Shown here: piece by piece, positions 26,476 through 40,244 of the stretch
Layout: every line of letters begins with the position of its first letter
How positions within the stretch are numbered: position 1 is the stretch's first letter
NCBI GenBank assembly: GCA_965285935.1
Contig: OZ260661.1
Span: 62,744,001 to 62,808,000, forward strand
DNA from: Ophelia neglecta
Lineage: Eukaryota
Length of the DNA stretch: 64,000 bases
Reading direction: 5' to 3'
Made by a program: the position numbers and the translations under genes
Notes under the pieces: model-generated
The model's input: the letters and a program-made list of their open reading frames with translations, nothing else
Databases searched by the model: none
Told to the model about the DNA's origin: nothing

Positions 26476-29400
26476 GTGGGTACATGTTTCTTGGATTTGG
26501 GGGGTGGGGTAATATGTATGTGTATCAGTCTGGAGTATCTCTTCTGTAGTCTGTCTAAGTTGTGTTGCCTCTCACATCGGCAAGGCTCCGTGGAGCTGTC
26601 CGAAGTGGATGCTGCAGCAGGCTCTGGGCATTTGGATTATTGGTCTCAGTAGCGGGTGTCTGCAATAACCTGAGCTCTCTTGCAGAGATCTGTTATGTGA
26701 CATGGCCTTGGAGAGGATAACAGCAGATCTCAGTCTCAAGACACATGACACACTCCAAGGATGAGTATTGACATCCACTATGCTTAATCATTTCAAATTT
26801 TTATATTTAACCCTTTTTTACATAGAAGTCTGCATCTACTAGTGATTCACTACTCTCTCCTAGTATCCATGGGTAAAAGGGTTAATCTGTTTTGGCACTA
26901 ATTAATTATTCTTTCTCTCACATTGCAGATGCTGCCACCATACATAATTTGTTTTTTATCGTGTGCCTAATATTGCCTTTTGAATATATTGATTACCCTT
27001 ATTGATTTGATTTTCATCTAATTATTGTTTCAGTATGTATATATTGATATTTAAATTTGGCTATTTTAAATTTTAACTAGACCAAATGTATTTACCAGCC
27101 CATACACACTCACCGCATTTTTTGTGAAAATATTTGTTTTTGACTCTCATTTGTGATTCTATGATAGTGTGGCAGACGATCTGTCTGTCGAGCCAGTTGT
27201 TATTAGATGTATTGGAAGGTAAATTGAATTCCCAACAACCATTGATTGTATTTACCTGCAAAGTATCAAGTGATGTAGCCAGAAGGCCCACTGTGTGCTT
27301 TCTGGCATGTCAATGAATGAATGACAGGATTATCTGGAGTGAATGTGTAAAAGGCTAGACTGGATGGAAGTCTGGAGTCACCACAGTGTGCTGTGTGCAA
27401 TGTGAATGAAAGGTGTACAAAAGACCTATTTGTCAGAGTGCCCCATGCAAGCAACACTTTTACAATACAGCTGTTTCTAACTTGTTAAATTTATCAGGTA
27501 ATTAGTGGGCCATTGTTTATAAATAACAATTGAAAGTCATCAAGCTGGACACAGCTGAAGTCGGGGCTGGGGTGGTATAAAGCATGCCATTAAAGGACAA
27601 GATAAAAGGGAAATGAAGTGTGCCTGGCACATGCTCAGGGCTTACCAAGTCCAGGGGAGGAGGCCTGCTGGCTGGGGATTGGCCACACGGTGGTGTTCTC
27701 CTGGTCAGGAGGTGTCACAGGGAAGTGTCACTGGGTTAGTGGGCCTGGGAAAAAACAAGCCATATAAGGAACACAGCCTTTAGACATGCCTTAATGTTGT
27801 AACCTGTCTCCACTTGTCCCACTGACTCAAACTAAGTCAATGGGGCAAGATGTATTGTATATTAAACATTTTCTCTTTAGTTTATCATTGTTATTTATAT
27901 TATTATTATTACTATTATTATTTTACTTTTAAATTAACTTGCATGGCATATATAGAGTATGACCATGATTTAATTAATCAATATTTTTTAATCTTCTAAA
28001 GGCTTAATAGATTTGTTTAAGTATTTAAACACCTCTTTTGGATTTCATTTTCTGCATGAATGGTGATGAAATTGAGCATGAGAAGGGATTAGACATGTAT
28101 AATAGCTACGGCTGGCATGAATATCGCAGGCCAGTATCAGTGTCATGATTGTTGATAGCAATTTGGGGTGTGCAGTGGCCAAGTTGGTGAAGAGGCTCCT
28201 CATTGATCAATGTCAGTGACTGCTATTGATTGTAGCCAATCTGATAGATTGAGGCATTTTCATATTGACTTCCCTCAATAGGAAAATGACCTCCCTCTTG
28301 GCAAATTAAATGCGCCAACTTCCAGCCCTAGGACTAATGTTGACCACTGATGACTAAATTGACGACATGGTGCTCAGAGATACCGTGTTGGCTCTGATGA
28401 GTTTGCAATATTAATGTCCCAATTTTTGTCCTGTTGGAAAGCGGCGAAGAAGTTAAGGCATTTGTTCGCTGTAGGGTAGCAGCGAAGTTAGAAGAAATTA
28501 TATTCTGAAGACACCTTGTCTGTAGTTTTGCTGATCGTGACTAGTGTTGTCCCCTGCTGAAACATTGTATGTAGCATGGAGCATCCTGCATTATTTAGCA
28601 GATCTACCCATAGGCTATTCAGTTTCCTAGCCTGAAGAAAATGATGTCCGTGTTTGCATGGGGCACGTATGAAGAGTGCACACTCGGGAGATGGCTGGTG
28701 CAATATGCTGCCATGAGAGATGAGTGTGTGGATGTGTGTACCAAGCAAAATTGAACATTGATGTTTTGTGGCTGGGTTGTGCAAACCATGAGATAATTTG
28801 CAATAATAATGCCATGTGATTTGGCCTCACTTGGTATGAATTGGTTTTGCTTTGTTTACAAAGAGCTAGTGTACATTTCATCTGCTCATATTTGACATAA
28901 ATGAGATTGTTTGTTGAGCAAAATTGCCAATCAGAAGTATCTGAGTTTGATGCTATTGGAAATTGATATAATGTTTAGCTAAATTTACATCTAGCAAATA
29001 TAAAGAAACCTGAATCAAAGCATTAAATTGCACATTATCTCTCCTTTGTATGGCAGCTCATTCTAATAAAACATTAGGATATGCCTATTCAAGTTATACT
29101 TAATTCCTTGCATTTGTACACGATAGATAATACAGCTTCACACAAATAAAAATATCATGGAAAAAGATGTTGTTTAAATTTAGTTGCCAAAGCTGTAGTC
29201 AGTAAATATCTCGAGAGACTATGTATTATAGTAGTGGTATAGGACATACCCTGCTCACACTGCCCAGTGTGGTCAGACAGTAGATCAGGGCCTGTCAACA
29301 GAGTATATATAAAATAAGAGTACAGGGCCCTTTTCTTGCTCAATTCTTGTGCAATATTACTGAATGTTTGTATGTGAAAATTAAATGATATTCTCAATTT

Positions 29401-29631
29401 TAAACACCTGTATCGCATGTAACCTGGCTACAAATAATTCAGATATACTTATGCTAAATTGACTTAATTATTTTGAATCATTTAAATTCTTCTTTTGGAC
29501 ATGCTTCACCATACTGTTTTTATAATATATAAATTTATTATCCTTGCTTTTAATTTATAAGAGATACTTTTATGGCCTTTGTTTGTATACCTTTTTTAAT
29601 TAAATTAACATGTTCTTTTCCTGTTTTGTAG

Positions 29632-29689
29632 GAAATGAAAGTGAATTGGGCCACATCTCCTGGAAATCAGCCAAAACAGGACACAAGCA
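29632..29689 (+). CDS. TIA1: TIA-1/TIAR exon: end of RRM1 and linker (EMKVNWATSPGNQPKQDTS)
   Basis: Acceptor TTCTTTTCCTGTTTTGTAG| and donor GCA|GTAAGT; 58 nt, phase 0 to phase 1. The KVNWAT motif is characteristic of TIA1/TIAL1/Rox8. Confidence 0.95.
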
Positions 29690-32443
29690 GTAAGTACTAG
29701 ATGTCACCAGCATTTATCATCACTGCTCATCATTAGATGATGCTCGCTTACACACTCCTGCCACACACAGTACCTATCCTCAGCCCTGACCGAAAAACTC
29801 TATATTTGCAAATCAGCGAAAACTCAATCCACTGAAAACCCAAAGACAATATATTTCCTGTGCATGTGTGCAAATGTTCACATCATATTACAAGGCATAT
29901 TAAAACAGTTTATCAGTAATGTCAGTTAGTACTTAACTAACCTCTTTTTATGCTAACTAAAGGCTTCAGTACATGTATTGATCAAACATTGCATGTGTAT
30001 ACCACATGTAGTACGAATAATCTCTTCAAATTTCCAACCTGTCCCAAATCATGCTGAACTAAACACAATCTAGGCATTGTTCCTTTTTTTTAAAGCAAAT
30101 TTGCTTACACAGTGTAGCAAGTGGATTATTGCAATAAGCTTATAGCACATTGTCAATAATCAAGGAAATCAATGAATTGGATAACCTTATGAACCAGTGA
30201 AAAGTGGCTGGAGGCTTATTGAAGGGCGTGGAAGAATTATGAAAGGACCCCTCAACTGATCTGCTAACTATGGTCATTTTGATTAAAAATATCTGTGAAC
30301 AGTGTATTTCTGATAAAAGCAGATACTCCAGAGCAAAATACTGCCTGATATTTTGCAAAAAAGGAAGGCAATGCCTAACTAATCCGATATAATATTTCCA
30401 GAGTTATTTTTCAACCTCACCTGCCTATATTTCATTAAAATCACCTATTATGTTTCTGTTTCAAAAACAGCCCCTGTTTTATGATCATATTTCTAGCATG
30501 ATGTAACATCAATATTTTACAATATTGCCTTGGTGAAGAGTCAATATTTAGGTGCTTGGCTTTTATATCTGCCTGAGTATCTGCCTGAGGATAGCAATAT
30601 GTGCCCTCTCCCATGCTTCTCTGGCAGATATAGGCATCCATGGGCAGAATATTAAGTGTTAGCTGATATTATGTTTTACACGCCTTTAAAAAGATTATGA
30701 GCCAGCCAAGTATTCCCAGTTGGGTCTTTTATCCGTTTAATATGAAAGTGCTCTAATGCGGTCTTTTGACCCTGAGCTTTGGACTCTATATAAACTGTGG
30801 GACCCTTGAAAACATGGCAGCAGTAATCAAGCGTCTTTAAGGTGTGCTTTTGTTAAAACTCGAAAATCCTGCAAATATCTGTAGACCCTTGCTTCATCGA
30901 GTTGACAACTAAGTTACTTTTGAACGGGAGTTTATTTTAATTTTGGGACACTTCCTACTTTAATGAAAGCGAATTTGTTAAATGATGATAAACTAACATC
31001 AAAGCTGATATATTGTCATATTAACTGGTCCTCGTGTCCAACAGATTGTACTGTACCTACAGTGGGGGTGGGGTATCTAACTAACTTGACCAAAAGCAAG
31101 TGATCTTCCTGTAATTAGATCTGAAGGATTTGTTTCTTGCTCAAGACCAGTCTACATGTAGTTATATGCTGCCTTGGTAAATACAAGGCAATATTTGTTT
31201 TATTACTTACGTTTATTCTCTTTAAAGCTCTGGTCTGTTTCCTTCTTAGTCACTTTAGAGGGTTTGCACTGATTCTTGGTTGAAACAGTCTCTCCGGCAA
31301 TATCCCTCCAGCAATATCCTTTTGCCAAGCAATATCTGCTGATCCCTGAGACATCCTAAGATGTCATCAGGCATGTGACTGGCATCTGACCAATAAGGTG
31401 GCCCTATCCTCCTAACATGTGTAATAATTATTGATATCTTGAAAAAAACAAATCTAGCATCAGCTATGACATAATATATATTTATGCTCATGCTAAGAAA
31501 CAAAAAGCCAGGAGATTTCTTGAAATATTAATTTGAAATAGCCAAATATTAATGTGTAGTGATATTAGGAAAACAATCAAATAATAAATTTGATGTAAGA
31601 TTGTTTTTGATAATATTTCAATGGTTTTATAACTGTCATCTTTGTTCAAGCAGACCTTTGGCTTTGGCTTAGGCTTACCTCATCAATTGCTATGATTTAG
31701 CATCATAGGCTTAATTGTGGAAAATAAAAGATATGCAGCTAAAAGCCGCTTACCAAGTGGCAGTGATATTGGTCAATGAGTCATGTAAGCAGTCATTACT
31801 TACCATCAGCTGTTCACTCACCATGAGCACATGTATTTTCCGGCAGATGTACAAAGGACCTCCAGTATGTAGGCTTTTCAGCATTTGTGTTCATCTGTAA
31901 TATCTTGGGAGTAAATTGGGGCCAGATAGGTGCTGTGTCTGTGCCGGTGTTATTTATTGGATCCTGTCATTGGCTGTACATTCCTTTTGACTCGGGACCC
32001 AGTGCTAGGGTATCCCAGATAATAGCCCAAACCACCCGATTTTGATGGCATAGATTCAGCCGGATTGTGTTACTTGAAAATTGCCCCTGCCGGAGACTGG
32101 CCATTTCACAATACCGTTTGGGCTCATGGTTTTTATTTTAGATTTCCTTGGCCAAATAGACCATTTGTAGTGCTGTGCAGGAAGGAAGGCCTTCCTGTGG
32201 AAAATTAACCTCTGGGTAGGAGGTATAGTATATCATAGCTCAATGGCAGAAGTCATGTCAACATTTGGCCTTAGAGGGATGACAAGCTAAAATCATATTT
32301 AAGTCTCACTAGCCCGCTTGATTTAGAACACTTGGGATGCATAGAATAGTTGCAAGTGTGAATTTTGTAGTTGAGAGTAGAGCCAGTAAGCAGGCTCAAG
32401 TCGGTGACAGCTTTAAAACAACATCCAGTTTTAGTATCAATCC

Positions 32444-33265
32444 AACACCAGGCTGAAAACCAGGCTGAACACCAGGCTGAACACCGGGCAGAACACCGGG
32501 CTGAACACCAGGCAGAACACCAGGCAGAACACCGGGCTGAACACCGGGCAGAACACCGGGCTGAATACCAGGCTGAACACCGGGCAGAACACCGGGCTGA
32601 ACACCAGGCAGAACACCGGGCTGAACACCAGGCAGAACACCAGGCAGAACACCAGGCTGAACACCAGGCAGAACACCGGGCTGAACACCAGGCTGAAAAC
32701 CAGGCTGAACACCAGGCTGAACACCAGGCAGAACACCGGGCTGAACACCAGGCAGAACACCAGGCAGAACACCAGGCTGAACACCAGGCAGAACACCAGG
32801 CTGAACACCAGGCAGAACACCGGGCTGAACACCAGGCAGAACACCAGGCTGAACACCAGGCAGAACACCAGGCTGAACACCAGGCAGAACACCAGGCTGA
32901 ACACCAGGCAGAACACCAGGCAGAACACCAGGCTGAACACCAGGCAGAACACCAGGCTGAACACCAGGCAAAACACCGGGCTGAACACCAGGCTGAACAC
33001 CGGGCTGAACACCGGGCTGAACACCAGGCAGAACACCAAGCTGAACACCAGGCAGAACACCAGGCTGAACACCAGGCAGAACACCAGGCTGAACACCAGG
33101 CAGAACACCAGGCAGAACACCAAGCTGAACACCAGGCAGAACACCAGGCTGAACACCAGGCTGAATACCAGACATAACACCAGGCAAAACACCAGGCTGA
33201 ACACCGGGCTGAACACCGGGCAGAACACCGGGCTGAACACCGGGCTGAACACCGGGCTGAACACC
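32444..33265. repeat. 12-bp minisatellite GAACACC(A/G)GGC(T/A), about 68 copies
   Basis: Direct reading; explains the three long low-complexity ORFs (EHQA/EHRA, VQPG/VLPG, VFSL/VFCL). Confidence 0.98.
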
Positions 33266-36200
33266 CTGCCCTGTGTCTGCAGCATGTAGTTCAGTGCCCC
33301 TTAGGATGTTCAGAGCACTAAGGCCCGCTCGTATGGTGTGCTTTTATTGAAAACTGTCACCTATTTGACAATATTACTTTCATAACTATGGCCATTCCCT
33401 GATCCGGGCACAAGGAAGGAGCCTGAATGACAGCTAGAATTAGATGCCATGAAAGAAAATAATGCCCGACTAGGTCAGCACATCATTGAATCCATTATGA
33501 GGCAAGATCCATTGGTGCATTGCCTTGTATGGTAAAATGGCCAAGCAACTGTGTTACCAAAAGTGAATTAATGGGTCACGAGATGCTGATTTGTCAGTAA
33601 TTTAGGTACATCAAGTCTTGATGGCTTGTGACAGGCAGTGCATAAGTGGGAGCCATTGTAGCATCCGTTGGACAGGAGTATCTAATGAACTACATAAGCA
33701 TCTACTCAGGTTTACAAAAGATAAGGCATAGTGGTAAAAAAACAACAGGAAGCATGAACTACATGGTCGAAGATTGCCTGCCGTCTGATAGTTTCACCTC
33801 TCATTTACCACCTTTATCTTTGAAGTTTGCATGTTAAAAGGTTCTGGGTGGCATGTACATGTACATGTGTATGTCTATCATCCTCCCGAGTGGTGTTTGA
33901 AAACTGGGCAAAAGCTCCAGTTTTCCAAAAGATAATGTTTTTGTAGGTTTCTTTTGTAAATAGCATATTACTTATAAACTAAACCCCCTTGAAAGATTTG
34001 TGGATAGGTTTTGCTCTGTGAATTGTTAATGTGGCTCTTGTGGCATTAAATGTAGTATAGCTAAGCCCACTGCTTTGTATCAGATGGAACAAAGTATAAG
34101 CCCATTGCCATGCTCATTGGTGGAAAACAGGTCCTCCAGGAATTGTTCAATTTTCCTGTTACTGGAGCGCCTGACACAGAGACTCTTCGACTTGTCTTTG
34201 CTTACGAGAAATATTAAGCAGAGTCAATAACAATGGAGAAGAAGAAAATTGGGAACAAGTTTGTGTAGTCCTTGGGGAGGTCACCTGGTAGCGTTCCTTG
34301 ACTGAGGATCGAAGAGAGACCTCGTCTTACTGTGGAGCTTCCTGCAGCCGTCGGCTGACTGACTGCATGTGCTGGGATTCACCCTCTAACATAACGAGTC
34401 ATTGACATTCATTTCTGTGCAGTGCCATTAAGTATTTAAGCCCAAAACACTCATGAACTCAAGTTCTGAGATAACAGGCACTTTTTAATCATTTTCATAA
34501 GCTGGGCAGGCTCACTAATACAAAGTGGATAATGGGAACAATATTGGAGCACACAATCAGAATAGTAAATCAAGGTTTGCATTTTTGCTTGATATTGTAG
34601 ATTGCAGCTGATCAAGACGATCCATTGTGAAAGAAATGACCCTATTACACTTTTAGCACACCAATCTGAATGACCAAAACTTTGATTCAGCTAGTGACTA
34701 TCCCAGATAAAAGATCAGTCAGTCGACAATCTGATTACTGCACTGGAGATGGAAAACTGCTTGATTTATGAACAAAATGCAACAGCCATTAAAGTGGCCA
34801 TTCATGGCCACTCCTGCCAAATGTTTCCTGGAATGGAACTGGCAAACATAATATGCAGACCTCTCTTTTATGTGTCATGACACCCCATCCGCATCTCAGC
34901 ACATGAATGTGTACAGCTCGAAATATTGAGTTCTCTGCTGACGTGTAATATCTCAGAACCGCAGAAGGCACTGCATCGGGTTGCCCTCCTAGAAGGCCAA
35001 TTGAGAGAGGTGACCAACAAAATAAAATGAAGTACTGGGTAAATAATGAAACTATCCAGTTAGAATGTATAATTAATCAGGTGGACTTGTGTGTACACGA
35101 CTCTCTAGTTTATTAACCAACACACAAGATCTAGTGGGCTAGACCACAAACATATTGCTCTAATAGGCCATTCAAAAATGGGTTTGAGCAGCCCCCCTCT
35201 ACTGCTCTCATCAGTAGATGAAGACAGATTGGAGTGTCAGAGCAAATTAGAATGATTGAAGAGCACTACTTGTATGGCTAACCTTTGACGAGTGCTGGCA
35301 ATCTATAGCCTGGCAATTTCTCTGAACTGTCTAGGAGTGATCAGAGTCAACGTTTGTTATAAATATTTAATCAATATTAGATATTTAGTGTGTTTAATTT
35401 GATATTGCCTTTAATATATTTAAAGTACTTTAAATACGAGCCTTGCCCATCTGTAGTAATAATGTGCCATATTCCCTGTGTTGTATTTCGTCCAGATATT
35501 GGCAGTTACTTTGATTTATTGTTTGCAAGAAGAGCCTGTGGCACTCTATTTCTCGGCTTTGAGAGGTGTGTGCTTAGCAGAATTGTAGTCATAATGAGAT
35601 TGTGTATTGTATGAACTGATTGTGAGAAGTTTGTTTGGCTGTGAACCACCCCCTCATCACCAGCTGCAAAGGTACTCACTGAGAGAATCTCACTCAATCT
35701 TGTTTACATGATTAATTGAATTAATCAGGGATAAAATATCAGATGGAGGCTATGGGTTTAGTAGGCCTCTGATATTTCCTCCGATGAAGATGAGTACTAT
35801 TGAGTTAGCATTCAGTCGCTGTGCCGCGTGTATTTAAGTGTTTTGTTCTGATTCTCTGAGCGGTGGCAGTATGAGCAACTTGTGATTTATGCTGGGATAT
35901 TAAGGACGGATATGACCGGCAGTCCACAGGAGTGGGTTCCGTGGCATACAGGCAACTTGGTATGCTGCCTGACTGATTAGTTTACGAATTTTTGGTGCTG
36001 GTGCTATTGTATCACAAGATCTGTTGCAGAATCATTAGCTGCTCGTCTATTGTGCTCAGTTCCTTGAATAGGCAAGTCCTTTCTGTCATTAGTTTACCAG
36101 GCATATACCGTTTACACGAAATGATTGTGATAAAAAGTAAACAGGCTCTATGAGCTCGATGCTCTCTGTTCTCAAGAATAGACATTGTGCAGGCTAAAGT

Positions 36201-39200
36201 ACTATTGTGGAGGCTATAACCAAGGCTGTATTCACGGCCATGATTGGCGTTTGGCAAGGAAGACAGCAATGGTGTGTCAAATGGGCCAGAAATGTCTGTG
36301 ATATATTGAAATAAAGTGTGTGTCGCTGCAGTAATCTATTGGCTGTGGCAAGTGGTGAAGAGAATTCTTGGAGGAGAAGAGGCGCTTGGCCGAGCCTCTC
36401 ACCTGAGAGTAATCATAGCAGACAATCTGTGGCGGATTGGAGATGGCTATCAGGCATATCATACAGGGTGTCGCAGGGGATAGCCTGCTTGCTTTCTGAC
36501 TAATGGTGCATGCATTTTCAATGGATGGCCTGTCATTTTGCGGACATGACAGGCATTTTACGCTGATGAATGTTGATACGACACCCATCTCACCTCTAGA
36601 TTGATGTTCATCGCCAATTTTTGTTCCAAGCACATACATTAGTTGAGTGTTGCATGCCCATTCAGTTGACAATCAGTTAGTGGCATTGATGAAATGGCTG
36701 CACTGCCATATTGTTGCATCACAACTGGTTTTTTGTGTCACAATAATCAACAAGAACATGGCCTCTAATTCTGTTGTCCTGTCCTGTTTTTCCCCTGGAA
36801 AAAGCACCAAAACGTCCTTGTGGATTTTGTGCATATTTTGCTATTATTATTAATCTATTATTATTTTGAACAGCTCACTCATTACTGATGATGCTTATAC
36901 AATGAGGAAAACTTACAATGAATTTCATTAATTGCCCCATGCATTTCAATTAAATGGAAACAAAGTTGTTAATATTTCTCTCTTGTATCAAATGGTAATA
37001 CTCCTACTCAAAGGATACATACATGTTAATGTACATTTATAGGAAACTACAATTCATCAGTTGAAATAATCAAATATGCTTTCATTGGGTTCTGTCCATG
37101 AGCCAAGGTCTGCCCGATGTCATCACTTCCTCCACTTAGCTGCATTGAGCTGCTGGTAATTGTATGTACGCTTCATAACACCAGTTGAACCAGGGGATAA
37201 GGTTGTCAGTCCCAGATTGACCAGTCAAGCAGTCTGACCAAGACTTCACAAGAGGCAAAATTCATGCTAAAGCCCCTCTGTAATTTGATTACAGCTCACA
37301 TTGATCATTCATTTATAAATCATTAGCTTGTGCCAGCCTCTAGTGAAACATTCTATGGCATTTATTACGTCCAATTGATTGACCACAATGTCAGCCACAT
37401 ACATGGTTGACATCGGGCATCATTTATCTTTTTTTCTGTCCTTGTCCCTCTACAGTGAAGCTGTGTTTAAAATAATTGTATTTCCCAGTCTGACTGATAG
37501 TCTTGATCAAGCTATATGTTTGGGGCTTAGCTGGTATTTCCAGAACATTAGCCATATCATTTCCAGTTCTTACTCTCTTACAAAGATAACTTATCCCCTC
37601 ACTCTAATGAAATATGAGTTGGAATACTGATGATAAAAAAAACCCCGATGTTGCTGTACAAGTCTTCCTTCTTCAATATCAAAGATGAATTATAGCTATA
37701 TTTGTCAGGACTTCAGGCCGAGCAACATTCCTAAATGAGAATGCCAGGAAACCTAGAACAGTGCTTATTTATTTCGAGTTTGGTTTATGCCCTTGGAGTT
37801 AGCCAATGACAGTGAATGCCAGCCAGGTTTGCCCTTTATTAAGCCATTCATTGTGTACAAGCCCACTAGGTTTTGTCTTGGTTCCTCGTGGTACTGAGGC
37901 TGGCAGCTCATCTCAATGGTATTGTGTGGCAGATTGATCTGGTGGCAAGGGCTTACCTTACAAGGGGGGGGGGGGGAGAACCAGTCTACTGAAGAAATCA
38001 GGTGTCTGTGTGCCATCAGTGATTCTTGGCACAAACTGCCCACTGACCCCGGGGCACTCAATATCTCCTGTTTACATTGTTTTCCCAATTCCTAGCCTCC
38101 ATTATGATTGGCATGGCTTCATCTCACCCACCGCCCACAGGGAATGCTTTGTTAAATGCAAAGAACCTGTGAAAATGTCTACCTAATCAACCATTGATTA
38201 TACCACGCCATGTGATTGTGTCCAAAGTTAATTCTACTTTTGCTCTTGCATTGAGTACATTAGTCAAGCTCTGAGGATGATGGACAGCCAACTCGACCAA
38301 GTTTGATCAGTGCCATTGAGTACTTGCACTCCCTACATGACCTCTCAACTCTTATCAATTTCCTTAATTCCTTGGCAGGTCGTTCACTCCGAGGGCCACA
38401 TTGGGTATGCATGGCAGAGCCAGTGCTCCTGTTGGTGGCTATGAAGATGGGTGGCTGCAGTTACCTCTTTTTGGGTGGCCTTCCTGTAAATGCAGGCCAT
38501 TGTTCTCACCACTGGAACACAGAATGTGACTTTGTTCTCACAATACACTGTTATAACGCTCACTGCTTGTGCCATCATGGATACTTAGGTTTGTAAGCCT
38601 CTGTGTCAAATCAAATTGTCCTACCACAACCTCATTGTGCCAAACTGGCTTGTTGGAAGGACATCAATAGTAATGACTCTTAATTTTCCCATGCCTTATG
38701 TCTGCCGCTGTTTGACACATTAACATCAGCTTAATCCATTTGCTACAAGGATTAAGTTATAAGATTAATGTTAAACGCAGAATAGGAATTAGGAAACTTG
38801 GGTGAGAGAAAATCCAGGAAGATATGATTGAGTTGGCTGTGCTGAGGCCCATTGGGTAATGTGAGTGGAGGCGTTGCTGCCATCTCTATCCACCTTCTCA
38901 GCTGTGTGCCCAAGCATGCCTGTATATGTCCGTTTGAGGGGTAGATAAGGCACCCCAAGACATGGATTGCTGTGTCTTCAGGTCCATGATGCTCACTGGA
39001 TTGGGGAGAAGGGGAGGCGGCAAGACGGTTTGGGAACAGTTGATCTGCAGCTCAGACATGTTCCTACATTTTTTTGGTAGAGTATCCTCAGCAGCTGGAC
39101 AAATTACTGTATTATTATGAAGGTGGTATCTTTGTTGAATTGAGGCTAATCTTCTAACTGGAAACATGACATTAGTTTAAAAATGATGATATTAAAAACA

Positions 39201-40244
39201 TACTTCTGACCAAAAACAAGTTGGTAGGGCACGAGTCTCTTCAGAGGTATTGTCCTCAAGCAGTTACTCCACACAGAGGCAGACAACTTGTTTTGTCCTA
39301 AACATGCACATAGCAATATTGTGATAGGACCCTGGTTTGATATTTATTCAGTGATAGAATAAAACCTCCTGAATTGACCTGCTCCTAGTAACAGGTACAT
39401 GTACATGCACAGTACACACAAATGATTTTCTGGTTATGTGTTTTCATCCCAAAATGCCTCTACCCATTCTTTGCAGCTTATAGATTGGCAGGATTAGGTG
39501 TTGAATCTGCCATTCTCATTGCATTATTCTCATTGATATGGTTTAATACAGACTCGGTAGTGGATTACATTGCCAGGTGAAGAAACGTGCCCCCTTGCAT
39601 GTTGGCAACAAGGCAATGATTGCCACAGCCTTATATCGAGGGGCTCTCTCGGGCTGTGTCTATTCCCCCATGGCATATTTTTCCTGACTAGGCTCTGTAT
39701 CAATTCAATAAAGTTGCATGATGATCCCCAGTTACTGTCAAAACGACAGCAGTAGAATTTTGCACCCATAATTAAATATCATTGATATTAGCTCGAGCAC
39801 ACTCCACACAATCTATATTTACCATGTGAATAGAACATAGTTTGTAATATAGGCGATGGAATGGAATTGCATCCTAGAGCTTACCACACATTATCATGAT
39901 TCTAATGATTTAATGTTTTTTAATCATTCAGATTGGTGCATGAAAGAAAGTCTGGGTAGGGCCTGCTTCCATGCTTAGCATTCTGTCCCATGAAATGGGC
40001 CACTTGGCCTTCATAGAGGAAAAAGGAAACAAAACCTTAAATCCATGTGGCAGAAATGGCTCTTCAAGATATTTATTTTTTATTGCTTGCATGTTTTGCC
40101 TTGAAATGTCTCCCCTACTAGTATGGTAGTTTGTGTTTCCTTTTTAGATGCAATGCTTGACTTAAGTGATCTGCCTAAGTATTTTTAGGTGCTCTTGGTT
40201 GCCTTAAATTATGTGTGTTGGTGTTAACATCGCCTTACCAAGCA

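Noticed and set aside
30564-30632. Hairpin TATATCTGCC...GGCAGATATA as a pre-miRNA
   Set aside because: The stem is only 10 bp with a poorly paired interior, which is insufficient without small-RNA data.
28150-32260. tRNA/SINE A-box-like strings (TGGCCAAGTTGG near 28176, TAGCTCAATGG near 32236)
   Set aside because: No B-box or cloverleaf follows either string.
32371-33285. Three long ORFs (263-282 aa) as real proteins
   Set aside because: They are by-products of a 12-bp tandem repeat lacking stop codons, with no unique domain.
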